64,000 nt of DNA, from the NCBI GenBank assembly GCA_020891255.1, contig BQFW01000002.1:1612001-1676000 (forward strand), given 5' to 3'. The position numbers were made by a program, and so were the translations under genes. The stretch's first letter is position 1; every line of letters starts with the position of its first letter. Positions 36,249 to 49,313 of this stretch are shown here, one piece after another. The notes below the pieces were generated by a model. That model ran no database searches. It was not told the origin of the DNA and was given only the letters and a program-made list of their open reading frames with translations. This DNA comes from Entomortierella parvispora E1425. Lineage: Eukaryota > Fungi > Mortierellomycota.

Positions 36249-37814
36249 ATGCTATTCCATTTGAGGGCCCTCGTCCTCGCACTTGGACTCTTTTTGGCTT
36301 CCCTCCAGCCAACAAATGCTATCCAAGGTGCAAGAGACAATAGCTGTTCCTTTGGATACAACAACACATACTACATCATGGGGGGAACAGTATGTGGCCA
36401 CAGCAATCCAATCACCAAAGAGTATCGCACCCGAGGTATCCAGGGATCTGACCGTTATATATTTTTTTCATAGTTTTTCAACGCGAGTAACTTCCTCAGT
36501 GCCCCTCTCCCCATGAGTGAGGCAGGGGTCATCACTTGGACAGCACTTCCTGACCCACCACAATGGGTGGCAATGGCGGGTGTTGACACCACTCCCCAGT
36601 TCCATTGTGCGGTGAATCGTGATGGAAAGGTTTTTTTGTTCGGGAATGCCGTTGGTTTTGCAGTCTACGACATTGCAAGTCGCGTTTGGAGCACCCCCGT
36701 GCCGACCTACAAGTCAGTCAGCTCCGCGAATCTCTTGAATCAACAGGGCCTCAATTCCGCTGTCCAACCGGATGGATACACTATCTCTATTCTCGCCACC
36801 ACTCCTCCAACCTATATGGAGCTCGACACGAGCACAATGACGATTGAAGGCATTGCAGTGGAAGGATTCACTGAGAATTTGCATGGATTTTGTATGGACG
36901 TTGTGGCCACTTCTCCCCCAACACCTGTCGTCTGTGGTGGTTCTACCTTGGCAGTCTACAGTGGAGCATGCTGGCAGCTGGGATTGGGCTCAGCTTCTGC
37001 ATCTGTTCCTTTTGCTAATATTCCTGCCCAAGATGGATGCTCGCTTATGGCTTATGGAACAAAATTTATGGTCATCTCTGGGTACTTGCAAACCTACCAC
37101 ACAACCTTACCGACTGCGACCACTATCAACCCCGACATGTTGTCGTATGACCTGGCAGCTCAAAACAAAACTTGGACCACCATTTCGAACTCGCAGCAGG
37201 CAAATCCTCTCCCTGTCCGTTGTTACAATTCTGCTAACGCCATGCCAGGAACTGGCGCTGCCATCATATTTGGAGGATACAATCCGGGCACGAACGTTGT
37301 CTATGACAACATCTATTTTCTTGACTTGAGCAGCGGCCAATGGGTCAGCAATATCAGTCCCGCATCCAATCCTTTCCCCACCCCATCGCCTTCTGCAAGT
37401 GGTGCTGCCCCGTCTGCAACAAAAAGCGGAAACAGCGGTGCTCCTACACATCCAACTTCGCCGTCGTCATCATCATCGTCATCCAACACAGGTGCAATAG
37501 CAGGCGGTGTCGTTGGTAGCGTCGCTGTCATAGGACTCGCGTTCGGTATCTTTTTTTACCAGAGACGAAAGACCCGTTACAACCTCACGGGAAACAACCC
37601 AGAAGTCATCAGCATGGACGAACCCTTGAACAACAAGGGCCGCTCGGACTTGAACTCATCCCCGGATTCGGCCAACTCTTGGGGGCAAGGCAGCGCGCAG
37701 CCACCGCGGAATCCTCAGTTTTTTGTTGCATCAGCCCCTTCAGCGCCTCAGAGCATCTCTGGACCGGCACCACACAACCCTGTGGCGGCCGCTTCCCCCC
37801 AAGGCTACATTTGA
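36249..37814 (+). CDS. Kelch/galactose-oxidase-like beta-propeller single-pass membrane protein, ~493 aa
   Basis: Exons 36249-36389 and 36474-37814. Signal peptide; YIMGG and IIFGGY..IYFLDL...W kelch-like motifs; S/P stalk; TM GAIAGGVVGSVAVIGLAFGIFFY-QRRK. Confidence 0.82.
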
Positions 37815-38037
37815 TTGCCTGAGTAAAATACCAAGAATAAATATCATAAATAATAATAAAAAAACCCAGAATAGACAAAAAAGCCACCGCCACCATAGGA
37901 TTTCCCTCTTATTTTTGTTCACTCATTCTTGTTGGCGTCCTCGCATGTTTCGAGCACTCCCATGTGCATTCAATCCACATTCGAGCATTCATCCTACCTA
38001 TATCATCGAGCCTCTCTCCTTCCCCTCCTCTCTCTCA

Positions 38038-41000
38038 ATGTCGAAGGACAAGACTCCACAGACCGGTTCTGTGCAACCTTCCACTGATCCGAGGCGAGGG
38101 CCAATAACCCCGACCAATTCACGAGTGCTCATGATTGACTTAGAAGATGCTACCGATGACGAGATCACGTCTGGCATGTCTACCCCTACCACGACTCACT
38201 TTCCTACTACAAACCCTATCGCTGCCTCCGTTGCATTGCCATGTACTGTTTCACTACCCACAGAGACCAGGATACCCAGTGGAAATAACGAACATCCACC
38301 TGTGGTCCCTGTGGTAGCACCTCGCCGTGCCTTCGTAACAGCAGTGCGGATTCCCGTCAAGAAGCATACAGAGAGTAAGAGCGCGTGTGCGGAGGAAAGG
38401 GTCCAAGAGTGGGGGAGGGAGACATATGAATGAACGAGAAGGCGTATCAGCTCTATCACATTTACATCCAAGAAAACGCTGATCTAAAAAAAAAAAAAAA
38501 CCTCTTGCATCACCTTTTAGACCCATTGTCCGTAGACAGCACAGGAATCAGTATGGTGCAGCGGGTGCTGCTTGAGGAGGCCTTGATTTACAAGCAGCAT
38601 GTAGCCAAGCGTATGCGCGAGTCCTTAGCTGAGCGTTTGAACCTCTCTTACAATCGAGTATGACATGCCTCCACACTATCCCTGGAATCGGAAAGAAAAA
38701 AGCAATCAATTTTGAAATGCTTCGAAAGAAATATGAAAGTCTAAAATGATTACTTTCCTGTTGATAGGTAACTCAATGGTACCTTGACCATGGGGAGCGG
38801 GAATTTAGTATAGAGACCGTTAGCCCCGCGAGCCCAGTCAATACTATTACTCCACCTACTTCACAGAACACGACAACAGAACACTTTCCTGATAACACCA
38901 CAACTCAGCACATCCTTGAAAGCGCAACAACCCGACACGTTCCTGAAATCATGGCAATCCAAAAAATACCCGAAAGCACAACGACTGAAAGCGGAGTCGA
39001 CAATACTGTGTCATCAAGTAGGATCAATATTCACAGCCTGAAAGAGTTAACTGCCAGAGATTCGAAAGGACCAATAGCTAATATTTCAAACCTATTCCCG
39101 CTTCAACAGACAAACGACAGCATAGTCCAGAGAGCGACGATTTAAGGTATGATCGGTGATCTAGTTTTGTTGAATAGTGAAGCAAGCACGGCAGGAGGCA
39201 ACATATTTCTAACTCATGGTAGTGATTTTGAGGATACTAGTAGCAGCAGCGACGACGATGGCCAACTTGGAAGTTCAACATGGTATCAGAATTTAGCAAC
39301 GCCTACCAAAGTCTCGCGGCCCAAAGCTGTGGATACCAGCCCTGGATATTTCGTGAGCTCGGTAAAAAAAAAAAAAAATATGACAATTTTCAGAGTATTT
39401 ATTCTACTTGAGAGAACCAACTCCTGACTTCTTTCTATTCTTCTTATTTCTCCCCCTTTTATGTATCTATTACTGACTATAGCTGCGAACCGCGGATGTA
39501 ACACGTCAATTAGCTCCTCTTTTGCGAGGCGGTGCCATAGTGAACGTGAATGATGTGAAGCAGTTTGCTACTCTAATGTCCTCAACGCGTGAGATGGAGG
39601 GGAAGCGGATCTTCTTGAACGCCCTTCGAATCACAGGATCACCGGTCGTCTTGAAAGCGTATGGGCTGTTCTCGGCACAGTGATATAGGGTAGACACGGA
39701 CAGTGCTTTATCTCCCCTCAACTGATATGACCAGGTTTCTTTTATTTTGGCGTTAGATTCATTCGCTCTAATGGATCGACGACTATGCAAACTTGGCTTC
39801 GCGACGCAGTGGAAGAATTGGAGTCCCCTTCGAATAGGGATCTAGTTTTGCAGTGTATCCGTATCTTATCAAAATTGCCGTTCGACAGTATTGGTCTTTC
39901 CGACACCATATTTGGGAGAATTATTCAAAAGTTGACCACAAGAGCCACTTCCGATCCTAGTAAGATACAAAGAGAGGTGCGAACCTTGACATATATTTTT
40001 TTCGAAATTAACAGTGGATTTGTCCGTTCATAGCTGACGAAATATCTCAAGAAGCCACCAAACTGAAGGATAAATGGACAAACTTGGTGATGGAGGATGG
40101 CAAGTCAACTTCTGCCTCCAGACAGTCTCGCGGCCTCAGAAAAGCGCCCACTAGTCCAACAACAACTGCTGTTACAGGGTTTGAAGGAGTAAGTCCCCCC
40201 CCCCCCATGTCTCATTGCAGTGTTATAGTTTCCATCAAGTCAAAGTTCTTAATGTCATGATGATCGATTATTGTTTAGTTTCAAGGTCTTTCAGGATTGC
40301 CCAAGTTCGCCAAAAAGCCAAGTGAACCTGCCGCGATTGAAAAATCAAAGCCCAAGATCAGAGTCAATACAAGCTTTTTCGATGAACTTAAGGCCTCTGC
40401 CCAACAACCTTCGGAACCTCCCAAAAAGAAGCAGTTTGCAGTTCGATCCGAAGGAAAGCCGACCCATGCTCGACCAATTAAACGCTCGACTGAAATCACA
40501 ACCCCACCAAGATCACCAATAGCGCCATCACCAACGACGCGTAATAAGCGCGACCGCGATGAAGATCTAGCTCAGGAGGGTCCTCGACCGCGATCCGATA
40601 CCATTTCCATGCCAACTCGAATGAGTATGCCTTCACTGACATTATCGCAAAGGACAAAATCAAAGAAAACGGTCAGGTTCAAATCAGGCGACGAGTTGGT
40701 ATCCATCCGAGAAATCGAGTCGCGATATGACCAAAGCGATTCTGACGAGCACGACATGGGGTCCGATGTCGAGCAAGATTACCATCACGATTATCCCGCA
40801 GAGTCAGAAATGCCGTATCCGTTGGAAGACGATTCCGTGATGAGTCACGAAATTCAACCGAGGCAGGAATTTAATCTTCCAGGGGACCAAATCGCTGCAC
40901 TAGCGCGAGGGGACTTTTGGTACAGTCCTCCTCTCGTCTCACTGGAGGGGATTGATGTTGTACGCAGTATTGTTGTGAGTACGGAGTATGACTATCAAGC

Positions 41001-41271
41001 TCGACGTGAACTGTTCACACCACCGGCGAAGGACAATGCACCAATGGCGATCCAGTTGTCGCCTTTGGAGCCCACAAGTCCTACATCGCCAACGGATTTC
41101 ATGGACACTCGGACGATGCCGTTGTATGAGGCGGATTCTACTGATCACGCGCCTGAGTTGATTCAAGCTTTGCAGGTCGTTCTTCAGTTCCTCAGTCCGC
41201 CTGCTGGCAATGGTGGTGTGTCAAGTTCGAGTAAACCGTCTGGATCCCTTCTTCCGGCGGGACAACAGTAA
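38038..41271 (+). CDS. PNUTS/Ppn1-like PP1 regulatory subunit with an N-terminal degenerate homeodomain, ~808 aa
   Basis: Nine exons in frame (38038-38374, 38521-38657, 38768-39017, 39110-39146, 39223-39361, 39483-39658, 39757-39959, 40034-40188, 40279-41271). TFIIS-N-like WLRDA..IRILSKLPFDSIGLSDTIFGRIIQKL..ATKLKDKW; PP1 motif KKTVRF..ELVSIREI. Confidence 0.72.
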
Positions 41272-41398
41272 CAGCAGCAACGGCCATAGTTCGTTGGGTT
41301 GCGAATTCGATCTGATCACGTGAAGGTTTCATTGTCAAATAAAAAGGGCGGCGATGTCGTTCCATTCTCAATTCAAACTATTCTTCCCCCAAAAGTCC

Positions 41399-42890
41399 AT
41401 GGCACAGGAACAGCAAAGATACGAAAAGGGGACCATCGTCAGCACCGACTCGAGTTCGGTAATTAGTTTTGATAGCACATGGACACCTTGGACCTTGTTT
41501 GACCGATTGCATGCATTCATTTATGGACACAAAGAGAGAAAAAAGAAAAAAAAACGCGCTGTAACTCCCCATACCGTTCTCCTTTTATAGCTGCTTGCAC
41601 TTGCTAGCGAGCTTGCAAAGCATGAAGAGAGGTTCCAACGGGCTAAAGGAGGCATCAAAGCTCCTCGGGCGGTCAAGAAACCTACCATTTGGCAAAGACA
41701 GAACCCAGGATTAGCAAAGCGTTCTAAAACGAACGATGTCAGTTTGAAGATTGGGGAACCAGAGGGCGAGGAAGCGAGACGCAGGGCCATGGAGCGGAAA
41801 GCCAAGATTTATGAACGCTTGAAGAAAGGCGAGGACGTCCCGGACCGGATCCGGGACGAGCTCCTGGTCGAGTTTGAATATGGGTATCGAGGACGACGAT
41901 CACGGTCGCGAGGGGGGGAAGGCAGGAGTCGGAGGGCAGACGGGAGTGATAGTTATAGTGATAGCGACTACAGTCGGAGCAGGAGCAGGAGCAGGAGCAG
42001 AAGTCGATCTAAGGATAACAGAGATTGGGGCCCTGATGAATCTAGAGCGCTGGCACGGGATCCCAGGGATGTCAAGGATTATAAGGTATGTGTTGCCCTA
42101 GCTGAGTTGTTGCAAGGATAGCGCTGCGTAGCAATTTTAGTCGAGGTTGTTTGCTAATGTTGGTATCGCTTTCACTTTGCGGAATAGGATGATCCATGGG
42201 TAGATCACGTAGATGAATTTGGTAGATCAAGGCTCGTACGAAAGTCAGAAATTCCAAGGCCAGCAACACCCCCGCCTGCACCGCGCACACCGCCAGGGTA
42301 CATATACATTGCTGTTAATATGTCCATGTACCCTTATTAACAATCAATTGCTGACGCTATTTTTGTTTGTTTTATTTGGTTTCTAGGCTCCACAACCCTT
42401 CAAACCCTTTCCCAGTATTTCGAAATCCGGACGCGATGGAAAAAGATGAGTGGGTTCGCGATGCGACTGGGGAGATGAAAAACTCGGGGTCCTTTGGCAG
42501 CAAAGTGAATAGCAGCGGGGAGCGCCACTATGACAACACGACGGAGAGAAGGGCACGCGGTGTTGGATTCTATGCCTTTTCACAAAACGAAGAGGAACGT
42601 CAACGACAGATGCGCGAACTGCTGGAAATTCGCTCACAGGTAAGACCAGAAACCTTTGATAGAAAAAGGGAGAATGGCAAGGTTTTAGGTGGATGGGTTG
42701 TCTAACAGAGTCCTGCTTTTCTTTCCTCTAATTTACGCGCTGCCTTACTCAATGGTGAACTCAGACTGAAAGCAAGATTGCACAGCACAAAAGCCTCAAG
42801 GACAAGAGAAGAGAGGAGATTGAAGCACGAAAAAGACTGATAGCCCAGAAGCGTCTCAAGTCGCTCGCCAGCACCGTCAACGTCTCGTGA
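41399..42890 (+). CDS. CCDC174/DUF4078-like protein with an RS-rich insert
   Basis: Five exons; MERKAKIYERLKKG, WVDHVDEFGRSRLVR, HYDNTTERRARGVGFYAFSQNEEERQRQM motifs. Confidence 0.82.
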
Positions 42891-43975
42891 ACAATAAAAC
42901 AAAAAACAAAAAACAATTCCATCTGTGCGATGTTTCCTCGGATCACTTGAACCGTGGCGATGAAATGTGTCCACGGACCGGGCTTCACCGATCGCACTGC
43001 ACTAAATTTGTTCTAGCAGCACAAGTGCTCACAGGGTTCTTTCTACCCCAATTTCCTAACCCTGTTCTGTTGTTTTTTTCTAGTCGGTTGTGCAACAGGA
43101 AAAAAAAAACACCACCAGCAGGAAAGCTTTTTCATTAAGGAATGTTGATCTTCTCAGCCAAGTGAGAGCCAACCGGGGGAGCCAACCAGCGCCGCGATCG
43201 TTGAAGGACAGAAAGAAAGAGAGAGAGAGAAAGAGAAAGAGAAAATGGCGGCAGTTGGAACGGAAGAAGCTCCGCGAGAAAGTGAACAAGAGCATGAAAG
43301 GGGCTTCTTTCCTTTGGAGGTTTCAATCCCCGAGAGAGATGAAAAGGCGAACCTTGATGAAGGGAGTAGCTTCCGTGTGGTGCGTGTCTGCGAGGAGAAG
43401 AGAGAGAGAGAGAGCGAGAGAGCAAGAGAAGACGAGAAAGGAGAACAGCAGCGCACTAACGGACAAACGTGGGACGGAGAGAAGCACTTTGTTGAGCCTT
43501 AGGCAATGCAAATGCCTCTGTCGATCGCCTCTGTCCTTCGTTCCCGACCTTTGGGTCCTCGCGAATGATTCGTTGTTCTTCATCCTCTCTTTCCCCTCTT
43601 CTCTTCTTTTCTTCTCTTCTTTTCTTCTTTTCTTCTTTTCTTCTCATTCCTTGCCTCCCCTCTGCTCTCCTCATTCCTCTTGCATTCGGGTTGCCATTGG
43701 GATCCTCTTTTCTTCATTCCCTCAAAGGATTCACCCTTCACTGACACTCACTCTCTCCTCCTTCCCTCTGCGACGCGCTCTTTTATCGTCTGCACGTCTC
43801 TTCTCTCTCTCTCTCGTCCTCGCTCTCGTCCCTTTCTTTCCTCCTCGGAGCAATTGGAATTCTCAATCCTCTTTTTCATTTTTTGACTCTCTGGAACGAA
43901 CACAAACATCTGAACACAACACACCCACCGACATCCAACCGTCCTCGTCGCTCCCCCTTCGTTCCCTCTGCAGCC

Positions 43976-44968
43976 ATGTATCAGCCCGACTCTGCAGAGA
44001 CGGGCTCGCTCTTCATCTCCCTGGCCTGTATCTCTGTCATGGCCCTCCTCTTTGGCCGCAAGACTGCCGGGACAAAGCTCAGTTCGATCAACTATGCACG
44101 AGGACTGGTCGTGGCCCTTTATATGGTCTCCTGGGTCTTCTCCCTTATCGCCTCCATGCTTGTCCAGACCAACGACGGGAACTTGCTCTCTTGTCAGCTC
44201 TCGATTCTCTCGTGCATTGCCCTGTATGCACTCTCCAAGATTATCATCTATCTCTTCTTGATGGAAAAGGTCTATGTCGTCACGGCCGTGGGGCAGACCC
44301 GTTCCAACTTTTTCCTGTACAAGGTCAATCTGGCCCTCATGCTCCCCTATGTGGCCGTCATCACCTTGATGGTGGTCTTTCGGGTGGCCTCCTTGGATGA
44401 TAACAATGAACAGTGTTTTATTGGTCTGAAACGCGCAGGTGCTTTACCCTTGATCCTGTACGATCTCGCCATGTCGACGTGGTTGACTTATCTCTTCCTG
44501 CGACCTTTGATGTCCTCAACCTCGCTGTTGCAAGGGCCCTCGAAGGGCAAGTTGAGGGATGTGGCCCGGAGGACGCTGATGGGGTCTGTGGTCTCGATGA
44601 TGTTGAGTTCAGCCAATATCTTTACGTTGGTGTACTTCAATGGCTGGGAGAGAGGCTTGACCTGCCTGTCCTGTTGTACCGTCGATGTGACCCTGAACGC
44701 GATCACGGTCCATTGGGTGACTTCCCGAGGCGGTAGTAACGCTCATGGCGGGAGGTTGTCGAACCAGACCTCGACGGCCGACGGCAAGGCGAACCCACGG
44801 AGGCGGAATCGAAACACGGGAGCTTACAGCATGTCTGCTTATGGTGTCACTTCAGGTGAAAACAAAAAGCAGGTCGGACCCCTGGAGACTCATATCTCGG
44901 TGTCCGTCGAGACTTATGTAGAAGAATACCATCAACTACATCTTGGTCAGACGAGTTCGACATACTAA
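43976..44968 (+). CDS. Intronless 7-transmembrane GPCR-like protein, 330 aa
   Basis: Seven hydrophobic segments; Cys at the start of TM3 (LSCQ) and in ECL2 (EQCFIG); SKIIIYLFLMEK motif; polar C-terminal tail. Confidence 0.75.
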   Translation: MYQPDSAETGSLFISLACISVMALLFGRKTAGTKLSSINYARGLVVALYMVSWVFSLIASMLVQTNDGNLLSCQLSILSCIALYALSKIIIYLFLMEKVYVVTAVGQTRSNFFLYKVNLALMLPYVAVITLMVVFRVASLDDNNEQCFIGLKRAGALPLILYDLAMSTWLTYLFLRPLMSSTSLLQGPSKGKLRDVARRTLMGSVVSMMLSSANIFTLVYFNGWERGLTCLSCCTVDVTLNAITVHWVTSRGGSNAHGGRLSNQTSTADGKANPRRRNRNTGAYSMSAYGVTSGENKKQVGPLETHISVSVETYVEEYHQLHLGQTSSTY

Positions 44969-46519
44969 AAAAAAAATAAAAAAGCTACTTTAATACTACT
45001 CGATTGCATGGTAAAAAAAAAAAAAACCACTCGTCCAAAACTGTTTGTCAAGAATGTTTGAGGTTTTTAGTTGCTCAGTTTATCTTGACTGCATGAATCC
45101 CGCTTGTTGTATGTACAATTTGCACCGACAAGAAAAGAAAAAGAAAACCAAAAAGCTCAAAAACCAACATCGTAAGCAGCTGGCTGGATAGGCGTCAGTC
45201 GTCATTTTGGTCCTCTTACATGAACATGGTACCTTGCATGAACATGGTACTCGTCAGGGCAACTCCGCAAGAGACATGCGCTCCTCTTTAAGAAAGACAG
45301 ATATGAGAGACAGAGAGCGTGTGTGCTGCGTCTAAATGAGCGAATGAAGGTGTTACAAAGTGCGCAGGGTTACCAACCCCCAAGGGCCCAAGGGAGTGCG
45401 CCAACAATAACAACAAACAACCTTGCTGCTGGTGAAAAAAAAAGAAAAAGAAAACAATATTCAGTGAAACCTCGTGAGGAGCCCACAACAACATCACCCA
45501 AGAGTGAAGTGAAAAAAAGTGTACCGGTACACGACTCATATGTACGCAAAACACTTTATCGATCAAGGCCGTGACAGCCCGAGAGAAACGCTGGGATGCA
45601 GCTCCACTTTTATCCTAATCGCCACTGTCATCCTCTCATCTTGATATTACTCTGAATCTCCTATACAAACATGTTGGAAGCGAAGCAACAGGGTGTAATG
45701 AATGGAGGTTCAGTCAGCGGATTGCGCGGGAACCAAAAAATATCGCGTATTTTCAAACAGGGAATTGGAGGAGAGGGAGATGACCGGAGTTTTTTTGTTG
45801 CTGTCATTAAAGTCGGGAGAACGATTTGCAAGCAAAGGTCCATTGATGACTCGTCATATTGACTACATATATCAGGGTCAGGGCTCGCATTGCCGGATCT
45901 TGGTCAAAGGAAAAAGAGGGAAGAATTGATCCCCCACTGCTGGTTCTGAACCAAAAAATAGTTGGCCGTGGGCAGTTGATGAACATGTGCACAGCCTGGC
46001 CTGCATCAATTGACATCGTCTCTCTCCGCAAAAAGCAAATGTAACGTTCAATGGATGAAAAATACAGGTTCTTGTTAGTTTTGTTACCCATTTCTCCGTG
46101 TCCGGGAATAACGTGAGCAGCCCCGAGGGTTTTAGTTTCTCAGGGTTCTTCCCCATAAACTGCATGTGCCACAGTGGTCAAGGGCTGCGGGACCTGTTGT
46201 TTTAATTGCTCTACATTTCCTCTTTTCCCGTTGCCTTCGAGAGTCTAGAACCCCAAAATAGAAACTTTAATTGTGATCGACGGGCGTACATGTTTTGCCA
46301 CGTGCGACCCGACATGGATGCAAAGGGAGTCGCTTTCGCGCGTCCTCTCATCCCCTCGTTTGAAGCAACTACGAAAGCAATCGTTCTCCCTGGCGCCACC
46401 GGATCCAACTTTCATTGTACTTTTGAAGGGATATGGATTAAGCATGCTCCAGCAAAGCTGGCGCTGGGTACAAGCGATGTACCGTAGGGATAGACATGGA
46501 AGACACACAATTCAGCTTT

Positions 46520-48335
46520 TCAAAGAGCCTTTCCAATTTCTATCTTTCGTCGTAGAGACCGCTCTGCACGCCAAATGAACCCATCCAATAGACTGAAGAC
46601 TGTGAAAATACCTCCGACAATAGCACAGACTGTAGTCAAGAAGGACGCGAAAGACTTGCGTTCCTCTTTCTGGACGACTACCATCGGTGAAATATCAAAG
46701 TTGAAAAACACACCTAGTAACAACAAGTTTTGGAGAAATGAAACTGTACTTGTCAGTGCATGCACTCAAGAGTAAATTCAAGGTGGAGTGGTTTAGCAAG
46801 ACGACAAGTCCAAAGGCCTCTGACTGTCCATCAATGCTTCACTGATACAAATGAATTTATCACTGCCGGTTGTCTTCAACTGTAAGAGAGCACAGCATAC
46901 CTGGAAGTCCACTGGGAGGTCGAATGTTCCCATTGTCGTCCTTGTACTGCAAATTACGATTGAACTGCGTGACCGAAAACTGGTTCGTCAAGACTGGGGG
47001 ATTCTTCAACGAAAGGTATCGGGTGCCCACGACTTTGAGGTAATACTGGAACATGTATAGCTCTCCTTGTTGAATGTTGCCTTGGACTACTTGACCATCC
47101 AAAGGGTTTTTAATCTGGAGACCAGGGACCTGCACCCCAAAACTGAGCCGATTGATCTCGTGCGAGAAATCGAGACCTTGCTCCAAGTACTGCACAATGT
47201 CGTGGACATGAGCAGCTCCTCGTTGAAATGATTTCCCCGGTGCAACATGAAAATTTCCTGCGACCTTGTTCACTCTAATGTTGCCACGTATCCGGCACCC
47301 TTGGTTGGCCTGCTCCTTGATCTTTTGCATATATCCCTCTCGTACACACTATGATACAACGGCGAATTCGTATTGGTCAGGCTCAAAGCGGATCAATTCC
47401 TACCCATTCGTTGGAGATACCTACCTGTTCAATTTTATCGGGGCGATTAAAAGACCATCCTGAACGAGCATACGCCTGCCTTACTTCTTCACAGGTATTG
47501 CAGCAGCCACTCTCGGGCGGTTGCGCGCCACCACATTCACCGCAATAGTTCTTTCCAACTTCTTTTGGGTCAACCTCACTGTCGCCGAGTTCTATCAGAC
47601 ATTAAAGGCGCAGACAGCATAAGATCAATGAGGTGTGCGCATGTATGGACCATGAAGACTTTGTTGTCTGGATCACGAAGTGGCGTGGAGCAGAGAACGA
47701 AACCATATTCATACCTATCGTCTTTTCTCTCTTTAGCTCGACGCCTTCGGGTGAAAGTTGAATTTTGTACACCGAGTGCTCAATGTCGTTCTGGTGTGCG
47801 CCTGCTACATCCATGACGTCCAATGTTAAAACTACAGTATAGCAAGGGCAATCGTGAAAGATGAAGTTAACTTCTGTGGCCCGGAATGGAGGCATTTTAC
47901 CTCAAAAATATATATGGACCATGGACAGATAACATTACTGTAACAGGGAATCTTGGGGAACGTGATGTCTAGCACAATGTCCATTCTTTCTTTTTTGCCA
48001 GTATCGACAATGAGGGAGGACTCGACATGGACAGACCGGTAATTAAAGTATTCCCCCAGAAACAAAATGACAATGATGATGCCGCATGCTATGGTGACTA
48101 TCAGATATTGAGGCAACAAGAGCATGCGTGAAAACGGGCCGTCTGCTGACCACACCATGGTGCTCTGGTGCACCAGTATTTCAATCGTCATTCTCATCAA
48201 CAACTTGATCTTCCTCTTACCTATGGCGCCGGTAGAAGTCTTTACGCGAAAGTCGTCCAGCGTCTTGGCGTATGCGTCAAACTTCTTAAGACCGGTGAAT
48301 GGTGTTTCCTTCTCGCCACGTCTTCTTTGGTGCAT
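46520..48335 (-). CDS. ERV46: ER-derived vesicle protein Erv46/ERGIC3
   Basis: LKKFDAYAKTLDDFRVKTSTGA, CCNTCEEVRQAY, GCRIRGNIRVNKVAGNFHVAPG, FLTTVCAIVGGIFTV, C-terminal KIEIGKAL*. Confidence 0.93.
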
Positions 48336-48921
48336 CCCGGATTAAAAAAAGTGGGGGGGAGTAAGAGGCAAGGTGGATGGGAATGGGAATGAAGAGGGAG
48401 AGATGCAATGCAAGTCAACGGCCTCCTGCATGCAATCAAGGGGGGAGGCCATTCTCTCTCCCGCAGGGTCCACGAAAGGTGCCATGGCCCAAGCACTCAG
48501 TTCACATCACGTGCTCTATGGATCATGTTTGCGACGTCTCCTTCTTCTCTCCTCTTTGCGATCGAGGGCTACTGCTACAATCAAAAGGGATTGGGACCCC
48601 GGACCATCCCGCTCTACACCATAGAGCATCCGGGAGCAAACGGGTGCAGGAGGGCGCGTCAAATATTGCAAGGGACGTCTTGGTGAGGATCATCCTTCTC
48701 TCGGTCCAATAGCGGCGCAGGCACATGTTGACTATATTCCTCTTTAGGGATCCCATGATAGTCAGTCTGTCAGTCAGTCGACCATTGAACGAAGGACTGA
48801 CAAATTACTACCACAGATCTTGGGCATCCAGTGTCCATGGGAAGATACTCTTCTTGAGGTTCCTGATCCTTTGTCATTGATGTTACCTCGGACAATGACA
48901 ATGTGGGTAGAGACAAAGAGG

Positions 48922-48923
<2 letters not shown>

Positions 48924-48957
<34 letters not shown>
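48924..48957. repeat. (GA)17 microsatellite
   Basis: Perfect GA run in the divergent ERV46/AVT intergenic region. Confidence 0.9.
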
Positions 48958-48961
<4 letters not shown>

Positions 48962-49313
48962 GAGCGAGAGAGAAGAAGCGAACTAGGGGGAAGGAGGGGA
49001 GGGAGCAGGACGAAGTGCAATGATCCAACTGTCCAACTGTGTGCGACTAGTCTGGTTCCTGGGCTGCTAAATCGGAATCATGGCCAACAAGCGCACAAAA
49101 CGAACGTGTTTCTGCCACTCTGGAGGGCGAGAGAGCCCTCTGCAACGGCTCAATCTGTCTCTTTTTTCATTCCATTCTTTTTCTTTTCATTAATTCGTTC
49201 AGTCTTCAGTCTCCTCATTCATTCACCCTTGCAACTGCATCGCACCCCTTCTTCTTCTCCTTCTCTCCTCTCCTTTCATCTCTTTTTGGTCACCACCTAA
49301 AAGAGACCAATTT

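Noticed and set aside
35520-36367. Overlapping 185-aa (+) and 199-aa (-) ORFs
   Set aside because: No family motifs, partly low complexity, and they lie in the divergent promoter of the prolidase and kelch genes.
43090-43975. 436-aa ORF 43090-44400 and the N-terminal extension of ORF 43883
   Set aside because: Low-complexity GA/CT promoter sequence; the coherent 7TM protein begins at ATG 43976.
45219-45250. Direct repeat CATGAACATGGTAC x2
   Set aside because: Only two units of a short local duplication; not a CRISPR array and no associated element.
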